Shown here: positions 44,333 through 55,235 of the stretch, piece by piece
Layout of the letters: the number at the start of each line of letters is the position of its first letter
Numbering within the stretch: the first letter of the stretch is position 1
Assembly: GCA_021155885.1 (NCBI GenBank)
Contig: JAJNBB010000002.1
Coordinates: 2,929 to 66,928 of the forward strand
Reading direction: 5' to 3'
Source of the DNA: Fibrobacteria bacterium
GTDB lineage: Bacteria > Fibrobacterota > Fibrobacteria > UBA11236
DNA length: 64,000 nt
Notes under the pieces: generated by a model
Told to the model about the DNA's origin: nothing
Seen by the model: only the letters and a program-made list of their open reading frames with translations
The model's database searches: none
Program-made: the position numbers and the translations under genes

Positions 44333-44679
44333 TGACTCTGTCCGCGCTGGATTGGAAGTCGGTGTACGCCGCCATGCACCGCGCCGGAGACGCGGCCTTT
44401 CCTCCCGCCGCCTTGTATTATGTGCTGCAAACCGTCCGCAAACGCGCGGCGGCTCCGGAGGCCGAGGTTCCCTTGACGCCCCAGGATATTATCACCACCT
44501 TTCGGGCCGGCGCGCGCGCCGATTTCGGCTCGCTCTCCCGCGAAGTGCTCGAAGACTGGAACCTCCGCGCGCCCGCGGATCTCGGCGAGGCCGTCCTGCT
44601 TCTGGGGCGCTACCGGTGCCTGGCGCTGGAACCCTCGGACACGCGGGAAGCCTTCGCAGCGGATGAACGCCCATTTTAG
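44329..44679 (+). CDS. Hypothetical protein (116 aa), start overlapping the upstream stop (ATGA).
   Basis: ORF with translational coupling to the M23-like gene. No recognisable domain. Confidence 0.45.
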   Translation: MMTLSALDWKSVYAAMHRAGDAAFPPAALYYVLQTVRKRAAAPEAEVPLTPQDIITTFRAGARADFGSLSREVLEDWNLRAPADLGEAVLLLGRYRCLALEPSDTREAFAADERPF

Positions 44680-44692
44680 AGGAAGCCGTGAC

Positions 44693-45433
44693 ATGAAAAG
44701 AATTTTCGCGGCCCCCCTGCTTTGCGGAGGAATGCTTCTTTCGGGAATGCTCGTCTCCGGCTGCAACCAGACCGTCTACCCCGATCGGGAGCCCACCCTC
44801 CTCGAGAACGTGGCGGCGGATTCCCTCGTGTTCTGGCCCCCGTCGTTGAAATACGCGCGCCAGGGCGACACGGTTTCCTTCCTCGTCATCGGCCTTCAGC
44901 GCGGCTACGTGTGTTCGCAAATAGAGCTGCTGGGCTGGACCTGGAACGGCGGTGATTCCGCCAGCAACCGTTACCGCCTGAGCTCCGTGATCCGGCTTCC
45001 CGAAAACCCGACCTGCGCGGTGGACACCAAGGGGCTGGACTCCCTGTTCAAGCGCACCTTTTCCACCCCGCCGGGCCAAAAGTTGTATTTGCAAACTTCC
45101 GCGGGCGTCTCGGCCGACTCCCTGGTTTACGTCGCGGGCGACGGGTACACCCATGTCTTCCAGCACCTCGTGTCCGGACCCGACAGCGCGGTTTTCGGGG
45201 GCAGGTTCCTCTTCCACGACTCGGGGTTGACCCGCACGCGCCGCTTCGTGACCGCCGACTCGATGGCCTCGTGCGAAACGTTCCAGTCGGCCGCCTTCAA
45301 GCGCCAGGGGGACACGCTCACCGTGCGCGTGAAGCGCCTCGTCGCCGTTCCCGGCTCCGCCGCTTTCCCGCCCTGCGCGAGCCCGCACGCCGACACCGTG
45401 GAGGTCGTCTTCGACCGTTACCGGTACCCCTGA
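44693..45433 (+). CDS. Hypothetical lipoprotein.
   Basis: MKRIFAAPLLCGGMLLSGMLVSGC lipobox. Four further Cys. No recognised domain. Confidence 0.5.
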   Translation: MKRIFAAPLLCGGMLLSGMLVSGCNQTVYPDREPTLLENVAADSLVFWPPSLKYARQGDTVSFLVIGLQRGYVCSQIELLGWTWNGGDSASNRYRLSSVIRLPENPTCAVDTKGLDSLFKRTFSTPPGQKLYLQTSAGVSADSLVYVAGDGYTHVFQHLVSGPDSAVFGGRFLFHDSGLTRTRRFVTADSMASCETFQSAAFKRQGDTLTVRVKRLVAVPGSAAFPPCASPHADTVEVVFDRYRYP

Positions 45434-45437
45434 CCAA

Positions 45438-46646
45438 ATGCTGTATCAAGCGGACTGGCTGCTGAATCCGGGAAGCCCGCCCGTGCGCCAGGGCTGGCTG
45501 CGCGTCGAAGGCGGCCGCATCGTCGAAACCGGGTCCGGGAATTTGCCCGAGGGCCCGTCGAAGCGTTTCGCGGGCTGCGCCCTGCTGCCGGGGCTGGTCA
45601 ACGCGCATTGTCATCTGGAGCTGACCACGCTGGAAAACGCGCTGGAGCCCGGAAAAACCTTTCCCGACTGGGTGCGCGATTTGCAGGGCCTCACGGCGGA
45701 CTACAAGCTTCCCGATTACCGGGCCTCGGCGCGGGCCGGGATCGAGCGCCTGCTGCGCGGGGGCTGCACCACCGTGCTCGACGTGGGCAACAGCGGGGAG
45801 GCGCTCAAGGCGCTGGCCGGAGGCCCCCTGCGCGCTTTCGCCTGCGTCGAGGCCCTCGGACTGGACCCGGCCCACGCGGAATCCCGCTTCGGGAACGCGC
45901 TTTCCCTCGCGCGTGCTACGGAGGCAACGGATCGCTTCAGGCCCGGCATCGCGCCGCACGCTCCCTACTCGTGCTCCGTCGAACTTTTGCGTTCCGTGAT
46001 CGGGTATCAACAATCACGGGGCTTGCCGGTCACGATCCATGCCGCCGAAAGCCGCGAGGAGGCGGCGCTGTTCGCCTCGGCCTCGGGACCGATGCAGGCC
46101 TTCTGCAAGCGCATCTACCCCCGAGCGCCCGAACACCGCGGGACCACGCCGATCCGATGGCTCGAGTCCGAAGGCCTGTTGCCCGACGGCGCGCTCGTCA
46201 TCCACGGCAACACGCTGGAGGACCGGGACATGGAAATTCTCGCGCGCCGGGAGGCCACGGTAGTGCACTGCCCTTCGAGCCACGCCTTCTTCGGCCACCC
46301 GCGTTTTCCGTACGACGCGCTGCGCGCCCACGGGGTCCCCGTGTGCCTCGGGACCGACAGCCTCGCCTCGGCGGACTCCTTGTCGATGCTGGAGCAGATG
46401 CGGCTGTTCTCGAAGAATCATCCGGAGGTGGCGGCGGAGGAAATCCTGCGCATGGCCACCGAGGCCGGGGCGCGGGCGCTGGGCTTGGGCGATGTCGCAG
46501 GACGGCTCGCGGCGGGCCTTCAGGCGGATTTCATCCTCGCGCGACCGGACGGTTCCGGAAGGCACGCGATGGATGATCCCGCCGCCGCCGTGCTCGCTTC
46601 GGGCACGTTCATCGAGCAGGTCCTGATCGCGGGCGTCCTCGCCTGA
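45438..46646 (+). CDS. Amidohydrolase-family metallo-dependent hydrolase (nucleoside/aminofutalosine/MTA-SAH deaminase-like).
   Basis: LLPGLVNAHCHLELT metal-binding HxH, and a downstream HAAE...DSLAS motif. 402 aa. Confidence 0.75.
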   Translation: MLYQADWLLNPGSPPVRQGWLRVEGGRIVETGSGNLPEGPSKRFAGCALLPGLVNAHCHLELTTLENALEPGKTFPDWVRDLQGLTADYKLPDYRASARAGIERLLRGGCTTVLDVGNSGEALKALAGGPLRAFACVEALGLDPAHAESRFGNALSLARATEATDRFRPGIAPHAPYSCSVELLRSVIGYQQSRGLPVTIHAAESREEAALFASASGPMQAFCKRIYPRAPEHRGTTPIRWLESEGLLPDGALVIHGNTLEDRDMEILARREATVVHCPSSHAFFGHPRFPYDALRAHGVPVCLGTDSLASADSLSMLEQMRLFSKNHPEVAAEEILRMATEAGARALGLGDVAGRLAAGLQADFILARPDGSGRHAMDDPAAAVLASGTFIEQVLIAGVLA

Positions 46647-46650
46647 GCGT

Positions 46651-46860
46651 TCAGGTGCGGCAGGTGCGGATGCCGAAAATCCGGTAGATCGGGCAAAACC
46701 GCACCAGGCTGGTCAGCACCAGCACCGCGGCCGCGACCAGCAGGACGATCGCGACCGTGCCCGTGGACTGCGCCGCGAAGTACAGCAGGGCGGCCGCCAG
46801 CACCAGGCGCACGATGCGATCCACCGTGCCCATGTTTTTGAAACCGATTTGTGAACTCAT
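46651..46860 (-). CDS. DUF2892 (YgaP C-terminal-like) small membrane protein.
   Basis: 70 aa: GTVDRIVRLVLAAALLYFA...LVRFCPIYRIFGIRTC is typical of DUF2892, which often accompanies rhodaneses. Confidence 0.6.
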   Translation of the reverse strand: MSSQIGFKNMGTVDRIVRLVLAAALLYFAAQSTGTVAIVLLVAAAVLVLTSLVRFCPIYRIFGIRTCRT

Positions 46861-46916
46861 GTACAACCTCCGGATGAGTAAGATGCCTCTCAAATCCCGC
46901 CTTGGCAGGAAGATTT

Positions 46917-47234
46917 TCACGGATCGAGCATTCGCGACAGGCCGGCCCAGCCCCCGCCATTGACCACTTCGGCGAAGCCGTTTTCCTCCAGCGCCCTTTT
47001 GGCGGAGGCGCTGCGCATGCCGCTCGCGCAGCAGGTGATGACGGGTTTGTCCTTGCGCAGCTTGCCGAGATGGCGTTCGAGATGCGGCAGGGGCAGGTTC
47101 ATCGACCCGTTTATGTGCCCTCCTCGGTATTCGTCGGGAGAGCGCACGTCCACGATCTGGGCGCCGCGCCGGCGGAGTTCCGCGAAATCCACGGAAGGCC
47201 CGGAACCGGCGAGCTTCTTGAGAAAATCGAACAT
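46917..47234 (-). CDS. Single-domain rhodanese-like sulfurtransferase.
   Basis: Active-site loop CCASGMRS. 105 aa. Confidence 0.85.
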   Translation of the reverse strand: MFDFLKKLAGSGPSVDFAELRRRGAQIVDVRSPDEYRGGHINGSMNLPLPHLERHLGKLRKDKPVITCCASGMRSASAKRALEENGFAEVVNGGGWAGLSRMLDP

Positions 47235-47243
47235 GAATTCCTT

Positions 47244-47726
47244 TCAGGCGGCGCGGGAAACCGGGTCCGCCGGTGCGGCGGCAGAAACCGTCGCGTTGGT
47301 GAAGATCGTCCGGCCATTGTAGACGACCGACCACGTCACGGGCAAAATGCGCTTGAGCATGTGGCTGACGCCGCAGTATTGCTCCTGGGAGCGGGTGACG
47401 GCCTCCAGTGCCGCCTCCCGGTCGGCCTCGGAACCCGTGAAGTCGTACTCCACATGGACGGCCTCGTAGACGATGGGCGGACGCGCGGAAATTTCGCCGG
47501 TTACCTTCAGGCTGAAGGTGTCGGCCGGCTTCCCCGCCTTGCGCAGCAGCGCCGCGACGTCCATGCCGGTGCATCCCGCCAGCGCGGCGAGCATCAGGGG
47601 TTTGGGTATCGGCCCGCGATCGTCGCCGCCCGCGCGCTCGGGGGCGTCCATCACCACCGTGTGACCGCTGACCGCGGCATGAAACTCCATGCCGCCGATC
47701 CATTGCGCTTCGATTTCGTGTCGCAT
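47244..47726 (-). CDS. OsmC/Ohr-family peroxiredoxin-like protein.
   Basis: Two conserved Cys contexts (LAGCTGMD, QYCGVSHML). Start at MRHEIEAQW. Confidence 0.75.
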   Translation of the reverse strand: MRHEIEAQWIGGMEFHAAVSGHTVVMDAPERAGGDDRGPIPKPLMLAALAGCTGMDVAALLRKAGKPADTFSLKVTGEISARPPIVYEAVHVEYDFTGSEADREAALEAVTRSQEQYCGVSHMLKRILPVTWSVVYNGRTIFTNATVSAAAPADPVSRAA

Positions 47727-47780
47727 CGTACCTCCTGAAAAGAAGGTACCCACGCGCACGGAGCCGGTCTGTTACTTAGG

Positions 47781-48425
47781 TTACCGTTCTTCGGGAAGCA
47801 GGCCGGCCAGCAATTTCACCTGGTTGCGAAACAGCACGACCTTGCCGTCGCCTTCCAGTTTCTTCAGCAGTCGCGAGACCACCACGCGGGAGGTGGCCAG
47901 TTCCTCCGCGATTTTTTCATGCGATAGATTGACGAGTGTTCCGCCGGCGGCCCGGGCCTTTTCCTTGAGGTAGGCGACCAGTCTCTGGTCGAGGTTTTGA
48001 AAGGCGATCTGGTCGATCGTGCGCAGGAGCTCGTTGAAGCGTTCCCGGACCGTGCGCATCACGAAGGCCTTCCAGGCGGGAAAACGAACCAGCCAGTCCC
48101 CCATCGCCTCCACCGGCACCAGCAGCACCTCCGCGTCCTCTTCGGCCACGGCCTGGATCTCGCTCGCCTGGCGGTCCATGCAACAGGTAAAGGTCATCGC
48201 GCAGCTTTCCTCCGGCCCCAGATGGTACAGAAAAAGCGCGCGTCCCGCCTCGTCCACGCGCGATACCTTGAGAAGTCCCGACAGCACGATGGGCATGGCC
48301 GTCACCATGGTTCCCGGTTCCAGCAGCGACTCTCCCGCCGCGAGGTGCCGTGTTCGCGCCTTGGCGGCGATTTCGGCGGACAGATCGGGGCCGAGGACGT
48401 CCTGAAAATGCGCGGGAAGAATCAT
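47781..48425 (-). CDS. Crp/Fnr-family transcriptional regulator.
   Basis: cNMP-binding-like beta-roll plus a C-terminal HTH (SHEKIAEELATSRVVVSRLLKKLEGDG). Confidence 0.85.
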   Translation of the reverse strand: MILPAHFQDVLGPDLSAEIAAKARTRHLAAGESLLEPGTMVTAMPIVLSGLLKVSRVDEAGRALFLYHLGPEESCAMTFTCCMDRQASEIQAVAEEDAEVLLVPVEAMGDWLVRFPAWKAFVMRTVRERFNELLRTIDQIAFQNLDQRLVAYLKEKARAAGGTLVNLSHEKIAEELATSRVVVSRLLKKLEGDGKVVLFRNQVKLLAGLLPEER

Positions 48426-48463
48426 GGCCCAAATTTAGGCTTCGAAAGGCATGCGGGGAGCCG

Positions 48464-49363
48464 TTACCGGCCCGTGAAAGCACCCAGCTTGAAGACCTCC
48501 GGCGGCGCCGGATTATCCGAAATCCACCCGGGCGCACGGGATACTTCCAAGGTACAAGGCCCGTAGGTAAACACGCGGACCGGCTTGCGCTCCGACAGCT
48601 TCCGGAGATTTTCGAGAATTTCCTCAAGCATCCTTCCCGTGAACGGCGTGTAGAGGAAGAACACTGTGCCGTCGGAGAGATCGGCTTCGCGCGCGTCGGC
48701 GTTCAGGAAGGTAACACCGGTGATACCTAGATCCCCGGCGGATCGCTCGGAATACTGAACATAGGCCGGTTCGAATTCTACGCCCTTCGCCGGCACGCCG
48801 GACAAGAGATGCACCAGGATCGGTACCTGTCCCAGGCCGGAGCCGAGGTCGTAAAAGACATCATCCGCCGTGAAGCCCGCGCGGTCCACGAGTTCCAGGA
48901 TCACGCGGCCGGGAGTCTTCTGATAGAAAACCATTTCCGGTTCGGGGCGCTTCGTCTCTTCGGGAAGATCACTGGCGCAAAATATTCCATTCAGTAAAAT
49001 GTCGAAGGAATCGTATCCCTCCGCGGTTTCCGGATTTACGAGACCGTCGGTCCCCGCTATTTCCCACAGCCGCTCTTTCAATTCCCGTCCGCGCAGGCCC
49101 GCCATGCGAATTTCTTCGCGGAGATCCTGGAATAACTTTTCATCCCAGGATTCGAGTTCCTCGATGCGGGACAAGATTTCCGCGCGCAGGGCGGACCCCA
49201 TCGGGCTTCCCGGCAGGCTCATCAACCGGCCCAGGGCGTTCACCTCCAGATGGTCGAGCACCGCCAGGCGCCGGGTGAAGGACGCCCGCAAATTCGGGTG
49301 TTTCCGGAGTTGCGAATCCTCCAGAAGCGCCCGTATTTCCTTAAAGGCGACGAATGACTCCAT
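48464..49363 (-). CDS. Class I SAM-dependent methyltransferase.
   Basis: Motif I VFYDLGSGLGQVPI. 299 aa. Confidence 0.65.
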   Translation of the reverse strand: MESFVAFKEIRALLEDSQLRKHPNLRASFTRRLAVLDHLEVNALGRLMSLPGSPMGSALRAEILSRIEELESWDEKLFQDLREEIRMAGLRGRELKERLWEIAGTDGLVNPETAEGYDSFDILLNGIFCASDLPEETKRPEPEMVFYQKTPGRVILELVDRAGFTADDVFYDLGSGLGQVPILVHLLSGVPAKGVEFEPAYVQYSERSAGDLGITGVTFLNADAREADLSDGTVFFLYTPFTGRMLEEILENLRKLSERKPVRVFTYGPCTLEVSRAPGWISDNPAPPEVFKLGAFTGR

Positions 49364-49419
49364 GAAAACAAGGTAGCTCCGCCCACCGACGGAGCGGATT
49401 GGCCATTTTCGGGAGCGGC

Positions 49420-50556
49420 TTAATGGATCTGTATGCGCGTTACCGAATTGCCTTTGTAATTCACCACGAAGGCGGCAACGCCCGGGATGAGGGTGATCTG
49501 GCCCGGCGAGGCCCCCACGGTCGCCAGCCAGCTGAACGATGTCGAATCGATCACGGCCACGGAACCCGATTTTTCGTTCACCGCGTAGACCCTGCTGATC
49601 GCCGCGTCCCCCGCCATACCGCGCGTGTATTGGCCCTGGGTATTGATGACCGCCGCCTGCGAGTTATCCGCGCCGTTCAGGACCGTCACCGTGCCATCCC
49701 CGAAATTGCTTACGTAGACCAGGTTCGCATCCGGGTTGACCAAGATGGAAACCGTCATCTGCCCGCCCATCGCGGCATTCAACTCATTGTAGTCGTTGCG
49801 GGTATCGAAAATGCGAATAGGCCACCAATTCGTGCCGCTCGGGTTCCGGTAGCTAGGGCTGCGGGTGGAGGAAACCGTGTACAGGTATCCGGTGCGGGGG
49901 TTGATCGCGATCGCTGAGGGAGGCGCGTCCAGGTAAATGGTGTCGAGGAAGGCGAGCGTCGAGCCGTCGATCACCAGAATTCCCAGCTGGCTGTTCCGGT
50001 TTTTTTCATCCCTCACCCCCACGTACAAGCGATTGGCCGACGTATCCACCGCCAGGCAGGTCGGGCGGAAAGGAACGGGAATTGTGCCGGCCACTTGGGC
50101 GTCGGACCCGATGACGGTGATGCTGAAGTTTTTGTCCATCACCGAGGAGTGGCCCGAATTCGCGACATACACGTTTCCGGCTTTCGTATTTCCAATCACC
50201 GCGAAGGGACCATTGCCGGTGGGAAGCGTCGCAGTCACGGAATCCGTCGAGGTCTCGAGGACGCTGATCGAGTTGCCGTAGTTATTGATGGCGTAAACCC
50301 TTTCTCCCCAGGCAAGGATATTAGAGGGTTGCTTACCCACGGAAACGGTCTTCAGGACGTTTCCGAAGGCGTCCAGCACCGTAACGTTGTTGCTCCCGGA
50401 GTTGGCGACATACACTTTTGGCGTGGAATTATGAGTGCCCACCGTCAGGGCCGAGGGGCTTGTGCCGACGTTCACGGTCTTGATGTCGGCGGCGGCGGTG
50501 GCAATGCCGGACAGCAAATTCAGGCCGGCAAGAATGGAAAACAAAGGTTTCAACAT
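49420..50556 (-). CDS. Secreted YVTN-family beta-propeller repeat protein.
   Basis: Signal peptide, then repeated roughly 40-aa units (VYVANSGSNNVTVLD, VYVANSGHSSV, VYVSNFGDGTVTVLN). Confidence 0.8.
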   Translation of the reverse strand: MLKPLFSILAGLNLLSGIATAAADIKTVNVGTSPSALTVGTHNSTPKVYVANSGSNNVTVLDAFGNVLKTVSVGKQPSNILAWGERVYAINNYGNSISVLETSTDSVTATLPTGNGPFAVIGNTKAGNVYVANSGHSSVMDKNFSITVIGSDAQVAGTIPVPFRPTCLAVDTSANRLYVGVRDEKNRNSQLGILVIDGSTLAFLDTIYLDAPPSAIAINPRTGYLYTVSSTRSPSYRNPSGTNWWPIRIFDTRNDYNELNAAMGGQMTVSILVNPDANLVYVSNFGDGTVTVLNGADNSQAAVINTQGQYTRGMAGDAAISRVYAVNEKSGSVAVIDSTSFSWLATVGASPGQITLIPGVAAFVVNYKGNSVTRIQIH

Positions 50557-50717
50557 AGCAGCTCCAAGGCATGAAGGGTTTGAAAAGGGGACCTTGTGGC
50601 GCTTTGTAACAAAACGTCACGGGCGCGAATGTAATAAAGGCTTTAATAAATCCGCAAGCGTGAACCGATCCCGGAGACGGTCTTAAACTTTAATCCGGAA
50701 AAACAAAAAAGAAGGCG

Positions 50718-51266
50718 TTAAAACCGGAATCGCAACGCCACGTTCGAGCGCTCCGGCGTCCAGTTCAGGTCCAGGCCCACCGAGGCGGGAAGGGTCGCGT
50801 TGTATTTCTTCACGGCCTCGACCATCCGCCGATCCGAAAGCACGCCGAACCCGGCGCCCAGGGCCATCAAGCCCAAGCCGCCGAAAAGCGAGGTCGCGAT
50901 CACGGGACCGCTCGGATCCTCCTGCAACGCGCCCACGCAGAGAAGCACCACCCCGCTCACCGTGCTGACCTGTCCCGCGCGCCCCCAACGCGTGGAGGCG
51001 GTCAGGTCGGTCCGGGCTTCCGGAACGGTGCTCAGATGGGCGCGCAGGCTGTTCCAGTGAACCCGCTGCTTTGTATCCGCCTCGGTGCGCAAGGTGGTAC
51101 CCGCGCGGGACACGCTGTCCGCGCGCGGCTGCAGATAGGTAGCGAAGGTTCCCTCGCGGATCTCGACGGGAACCCCGGGCCGCATGGGCCTTACCGGAGG
51201 CTTGGGTTGAAAAAAGGCGTGGGCTGGAACCGAAGACAGCGCCAGGAGAACCAGGAATCGACGCAT
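50718..51266 (-). CDS. Hypothetical secreted/membrane protein.
   Basis: Signal peptide MRRFLVLLALSSVPAHA and one internal TM-like segment. A hairpin plus T-run lies at its 3' end on the minus strand. Confidence 0.5.
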   Translation of the reverse strand: MRRFLVLLALSSVPAHAFFQPKPPVRPMRPGVPVEIREGTFATYLQPRADSVSRAGTTLRTEADTKQRVHWNSLRAHLSTVPEARTDLTASTRWGRAGQVSTVSGVVLLCVGALQEDPSGPVIATSLFGGLGLMALGAGFGVLSDRRMVEAVKKYNATLPASVGLDLNWTPERSNVALRFRF

Positions 51267-51333
51267 GAAAGCAACCTCCTGTATCCATTCAGGGAACTGA
51301 ACGGCAAAATATTCGCGGGTCGATTCCCGCCCG

Positions 51334-52278
51334 CTATTCCGCCAGCTTCTTGTCGATATAGGCCACCAGCGACTTCACGGCCTCCATCGAGGCGTCGAAA
51401 GCCTTTTTCTCCCCGGCGTCGAGTTCGACCTCGATCACCTTCTCAAGGCCGTTGCCGCCCAGGATCACGGGCACGCCCGCATACACGCCCTTGTAGCCGA
51501 ACTCGCCGTTCAGCATCGCGGCCGCGGTAATGACGCGCTTCTTGTCCTTGAGGTAGGCTTCGGCCATGTGGATGGCGGAGAGGGCCGGGCTGTAGAAGGC
51601 CGAACCGGTCTTGAGCAGGGCCACCACCTCGCCGCCCGCGTTGGCGGTGCGCTTCGAGATCGCGTCCAGCTTGTCCTGCGAGAGGAAGTGGGTGACGGGG
51701 ATGCCGCCGACGGAGCAATAGCGGATCAGCGGCACCATGGTGTCGCCGTGGCCGCCCATCACCAGCGCCTGGACGTCCTCGGCGGAGACGCCGATGGCCT
51801 CGGCGACCAGGGCCGCGAAGCGTCCCGAGTCGAGCACGCCGGCCATGCCGACGACCCGGTGGGTCGGGAAACCCGTGACCTTCTGCATGGCGTACACCAT
51901 GGCGTCGAGCGGGTTGGTGACGACGAGCACGAAGGCGTTCGGCGCGTTCTTCTTGATGGCCTCGCCCACGGTCTTGATGATGCCGAAGTTCACGTCGAGC
52001 AGGTCGTCGCGGCTCATGCCCGGCTTGCGGGGCAGGCCGGCGGTGACGATCACCACGTCGGAATCCTTGAGGTCGGCGTAGTCGTTCGAGCCGCTCAGGG
52101 CGGAGGAGGTCGGGATGATGGGCCCGCCGTGCAGCAGGTCGAGGGCCTTGCCCTGGGGCACTCCCTCGGAGACGTCGATCAGCACGACGTCGCCGAGCTG
52201 CTTTTGCGCGGCCAGCAAGGCCATGGTGCCGCCGATTTGTCCGGCGCCGACGAGGGAGATTTTGGTTCTGCGTGCCAT
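51334..52278 (-). CDS. mdh: Malate dehydrogenase (LDH-like family).
   Basis: [12 protein letters not shown] Rossmann motif and VVTNPLD. 314 aa. Confidence 0.92.
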   Translation of the reverse strand: MARRTKISLVGAGQIGGTMALLAAQKQLGDVVLIDVSEGVPQGKALDLLHGGPIIPTSSALSGSNDYADLKDSDVVIVTAGLPRKPGMSRDDLLDVNFGIIKTVGEAIKKNAPNAFVLVVTNPLDAMVYAMQKVTGFPTHRVVGMAGVLDSGRFAALVAEAIGVSAEDVQALVMGGHGDTMVPLIRYCSVGGIPVTHFLSQDKLDAISKRTANAGGEVVALLKTGSAFYSPALSAIHMAEAYLKDKKRVITAAAMLNGEFGYKGVYAGVPVILGGNGLEKVIEVELDAGEKKAFDASMEAVKSLVAYIDKKLAE

Positions 52279-52303
52279 AATGAATCCTTTCTAATCCTGT
52301 GGT

Positions 52304-52363
52304 GGGGCGGATCGCGATCCGCCCCTACATCTTCGTCTGGGACGGACAGCCGTCCGCCCCTAC
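52304..52363. repeat. Tandem REP-like hairpins GGGGCGGATCGCGATCCGCCCCTACA and GGGACGGACAGCCGTCCGCCCCTACA between mdh and sucD.
   Basis: Two perfect GC-rich palindromes, each followed by CCCCTACA. The second is repeated at 54628-54645. Confidence 0.6.
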
Positions 52364-52392
52364 AAAATCTTCCCCCGTCGGGCGCCTTGGCC

Positions 52393-53271
<879 letters not shown>

Positions 53272-53275
53272 GATG

Positions 53276-54445
53276 TTAACCCTTGGCCTTCGCGACGGCC
53301 TGGGCCGCCTTGCGCGCGGCGTCTTCGAGATCGTCGGCGGAGATGAGGTTGAGTCCGGAGGCGGCGATGACCGCCTTGCCCTCTTCGACGTTGGTGCCTT
53401 CGAGGCGGACCACCAGCGGCACCTTGAGGCCGAGGTTGTTGACCGCGTTGACGATGCCGCGCGCGATGCGGTCGCAGGGCATGATGCCGCCGAAGATGTT
53501 GACCAGCAAGGTCTTCACGTTCTTGTCGGCGGTGATGATCTCGAACGCCTTGGTCACCGCCTCCTCGCTGGCGGAGCCGCCGACGTCGAGGAAGTTGGCC
53601 GGCTGCTCGCCGTAGTGGGCGATGATGTCCATCGTCGCCATCGCCAGGCCCGCGCCGTTCACCATGCAGCCGATGTTGCCGTCGAGCTTGATGTAGCTGA
53701 GGCCGTATTTGGCCGCCTCGATCTCTCCCGGGTCCTTCTCCGCGTCCGGATCGCCGCCCGTGTCCTTCTGGCGGTAGAGCGCGTTCTCGTCCAGGATCAC
53801 CTTGCAGTCGAGCAGGATCAGGTTGCCGCCCTGGTCGACCGCCAGCGGGTTGATCTCGAGCATCGCGCAGTCGGTGGTCACGTACAGGTTGTAAAGCTTG
53901 CGCGCGATGTCGGCGAACTGCGTCGTCTGCGCGTCGCTCAGCCCCAGGAACTTCGCGGCCTGCTCGATCAGGGCGGCATCCGGGCCCTGGCCCCAGGCCG
54001 GCCACAGCTTCAGGATTTTCTCGGGGGTCTTCTCGGCGATCTCCTCGATGTCCATGCCGCCCTCGGGGCTCAGGATGAACACGATGTTCGCCTTCGCGCG
54101 GTCGAGCGTGACGGCGAAGTACAACTCGCGCGCCACCTGGCTCTGCTCCTCGAACAGCACGGCCTCGATCTTCACGCCCTCGGGACCCGTCTGGTGCGTC
54201 ACCAAAGTCATCCCGATCAGCTTTTGCGCGGCTTCGGCCGCCTCGGCGGCGTTCGAGAAGAGCTTGATGCCGCCCGCCTTGCCGCGGCCGCCCGTGAACG
54301 CCTGCGCCTTGGCCACGCCCTTTTCGCCTCCGAGCGCCTGTAATGCTTGTGCCGTTTCCGCGGGGGTGAAAATCACCGCGCTGCGCGGCACGGGAAGACC
54401 CGCCTTGCGCAGCAGGGCCTTGCCTTGGTATTCATGCAGCTTCAT
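53276..54445 (-). CDS. sucC: Succinate--CoA ligase (ADP-forming) subunit beta.
   Basis: [13 protein letters not shown]-terminus, ATP-grasp domain. 389 aa. Confidence 0.95.
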   Translation of the reverse strand: MKLHEYQGKALLRKAGLPVPRSAVIFTPAETAQALQALGGEKGVAKAQAFTGGRGKAGGIKLFSNAAEAAEAAQKLIGMTLVTHQTGPEGVKIEAVLFEEQSQVARELYFAVTLDRAKANIVFILSPEGGMDIEEIAEKTPEKILKLWPAWGQGPDAALIEQAAKFLGLSDAQTTQFADIARKLYNLYVTTDCAMLEINPLAVDQGGNLILLDCKVILDENALYRQKDTGGDPDAEKDPGEIEAAKYGLSYIKLDGNIGCMVNGAGLAMATMDIIAHYGEQPANFLDVGGSASEEAVTKAFEIITADKNVKTLLVNIFGGIMPCDRIARGIVNAVNNLGLKVPLVVRLEGTNVEEGKAVIAASGLNLISADDLEDAARKAAQAVAKAKG

Positions 54446-54610
54446 GCTTGGATTGCCTCTTTATTGCCGGATTTTATGAAGGAGAGCGGTAAAAATGCTT
54501 AATAAAGACGGGGGGATCAAGCATTTTGGGACGATTCAGGCGGGGGGCGCTTGCGCGGGGAATATCCGAACCGGACGACGGCGCAAGCGCGGTTGCCCGG
54601 ATTGTCGTAC

Positions 54611-54647
54611 GGGTGGACGCGTCGGTCAAGGGCGGACAGCCGTCCGC
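54611..54647. repeat. REP-like hairpin pair (GGACGCGTC ... GGCGGACAGCCGTCCGCC) between the sucC promoter region and the rrf2 3' end.
   Basis: An 18-bp palindrome identical to the one at 52343-52360. Confidence 0.55.
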
Positions 54648-54660
54648 CCCTCCCGCGCGA

Positions 54661-55155
54661 TTATTTCAAAACCGGGCAGCCGAACTGGGGGATCCGGAAA
54701 TCCTCGGGCCGGGGATGGAACGGCGAGACCTTGGCCCGGACCATGAGCCGGAGGTTGGTGTTTCGCAAGCTGGAGACCAGGGAGTCCTGGGCGGTGTGCA
54801 ACACCGCCATGATGGAACAACCGGTGGCGTCCCGGCAGTTCTCCGGGTGCGTCAGGCACTCCATGAGATTGATCGGCCCCTCGACGGATTCGACGACGTC
54901 GAGGATGGTGACGGCCTCCGGAAGGCGCCCCAGGCTCACCCCGCCCTTGGGGCCGGGAACCGCCTTGACGATGCCGTCGCGCGACAGGCTGGCCATGATC
55001 CCGCCGAGAAAGGCCAGGGACATGCCCGATTCCTCCGCCAGCACCTGAACCGACACCGGCCGGCACGGCAGCCCGGATGCTTCCGCCTCATAGAAGCGGC
55101 GGGTCAGGTTCTGAAGCGCCCGAAGGGCGTAGTCGGTTTTGCGGGTGAATTTCAT
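54661..55155 (-). CDS. Rrf2-family transcriptional regulator (IscR/NsrR-like, three-Cys cluster site).
   Basis: N-terminal MKFTRKTDYALRAL wHTH and CLTHPENCRDATGC cysteine ligands. Confidence 0.88.
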   Translation of the reverse strand: MKFTRKTDYALRALQNLTRRFYEAEASGLPCRPVSVQVLAEESGMSLAFLGGIMASLSRDGIVKAVPGPKGGVSLGRLPEAVTILDVVESVEGPINLMECLTHPENCRDATGCSIMAVLHTAQDSLVSSLRNTNLRLMVRAKVSPFHPRPEDFRIPQFGCPVLK

Positions 55156-55235
55156 GATGCTTGCAGAAAGGATTCCGGGAAAGGACCCCTTAAATATACC
55201 CACCCGACGGCCCGAAACGCACCCGGCGCGTCCGT

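Noticed and set aside
46039-46263. Small ORFs inside the amidohydrolase gene and similar 60-120 aa ORFs throughout the track
   Set aside because: They are nested in alternative frames of supported genes with no ribosome-binding context. Only the 15746-15988 and 46651-46860 small ORFs sit in otherwise empty intergenic space with plausible features.
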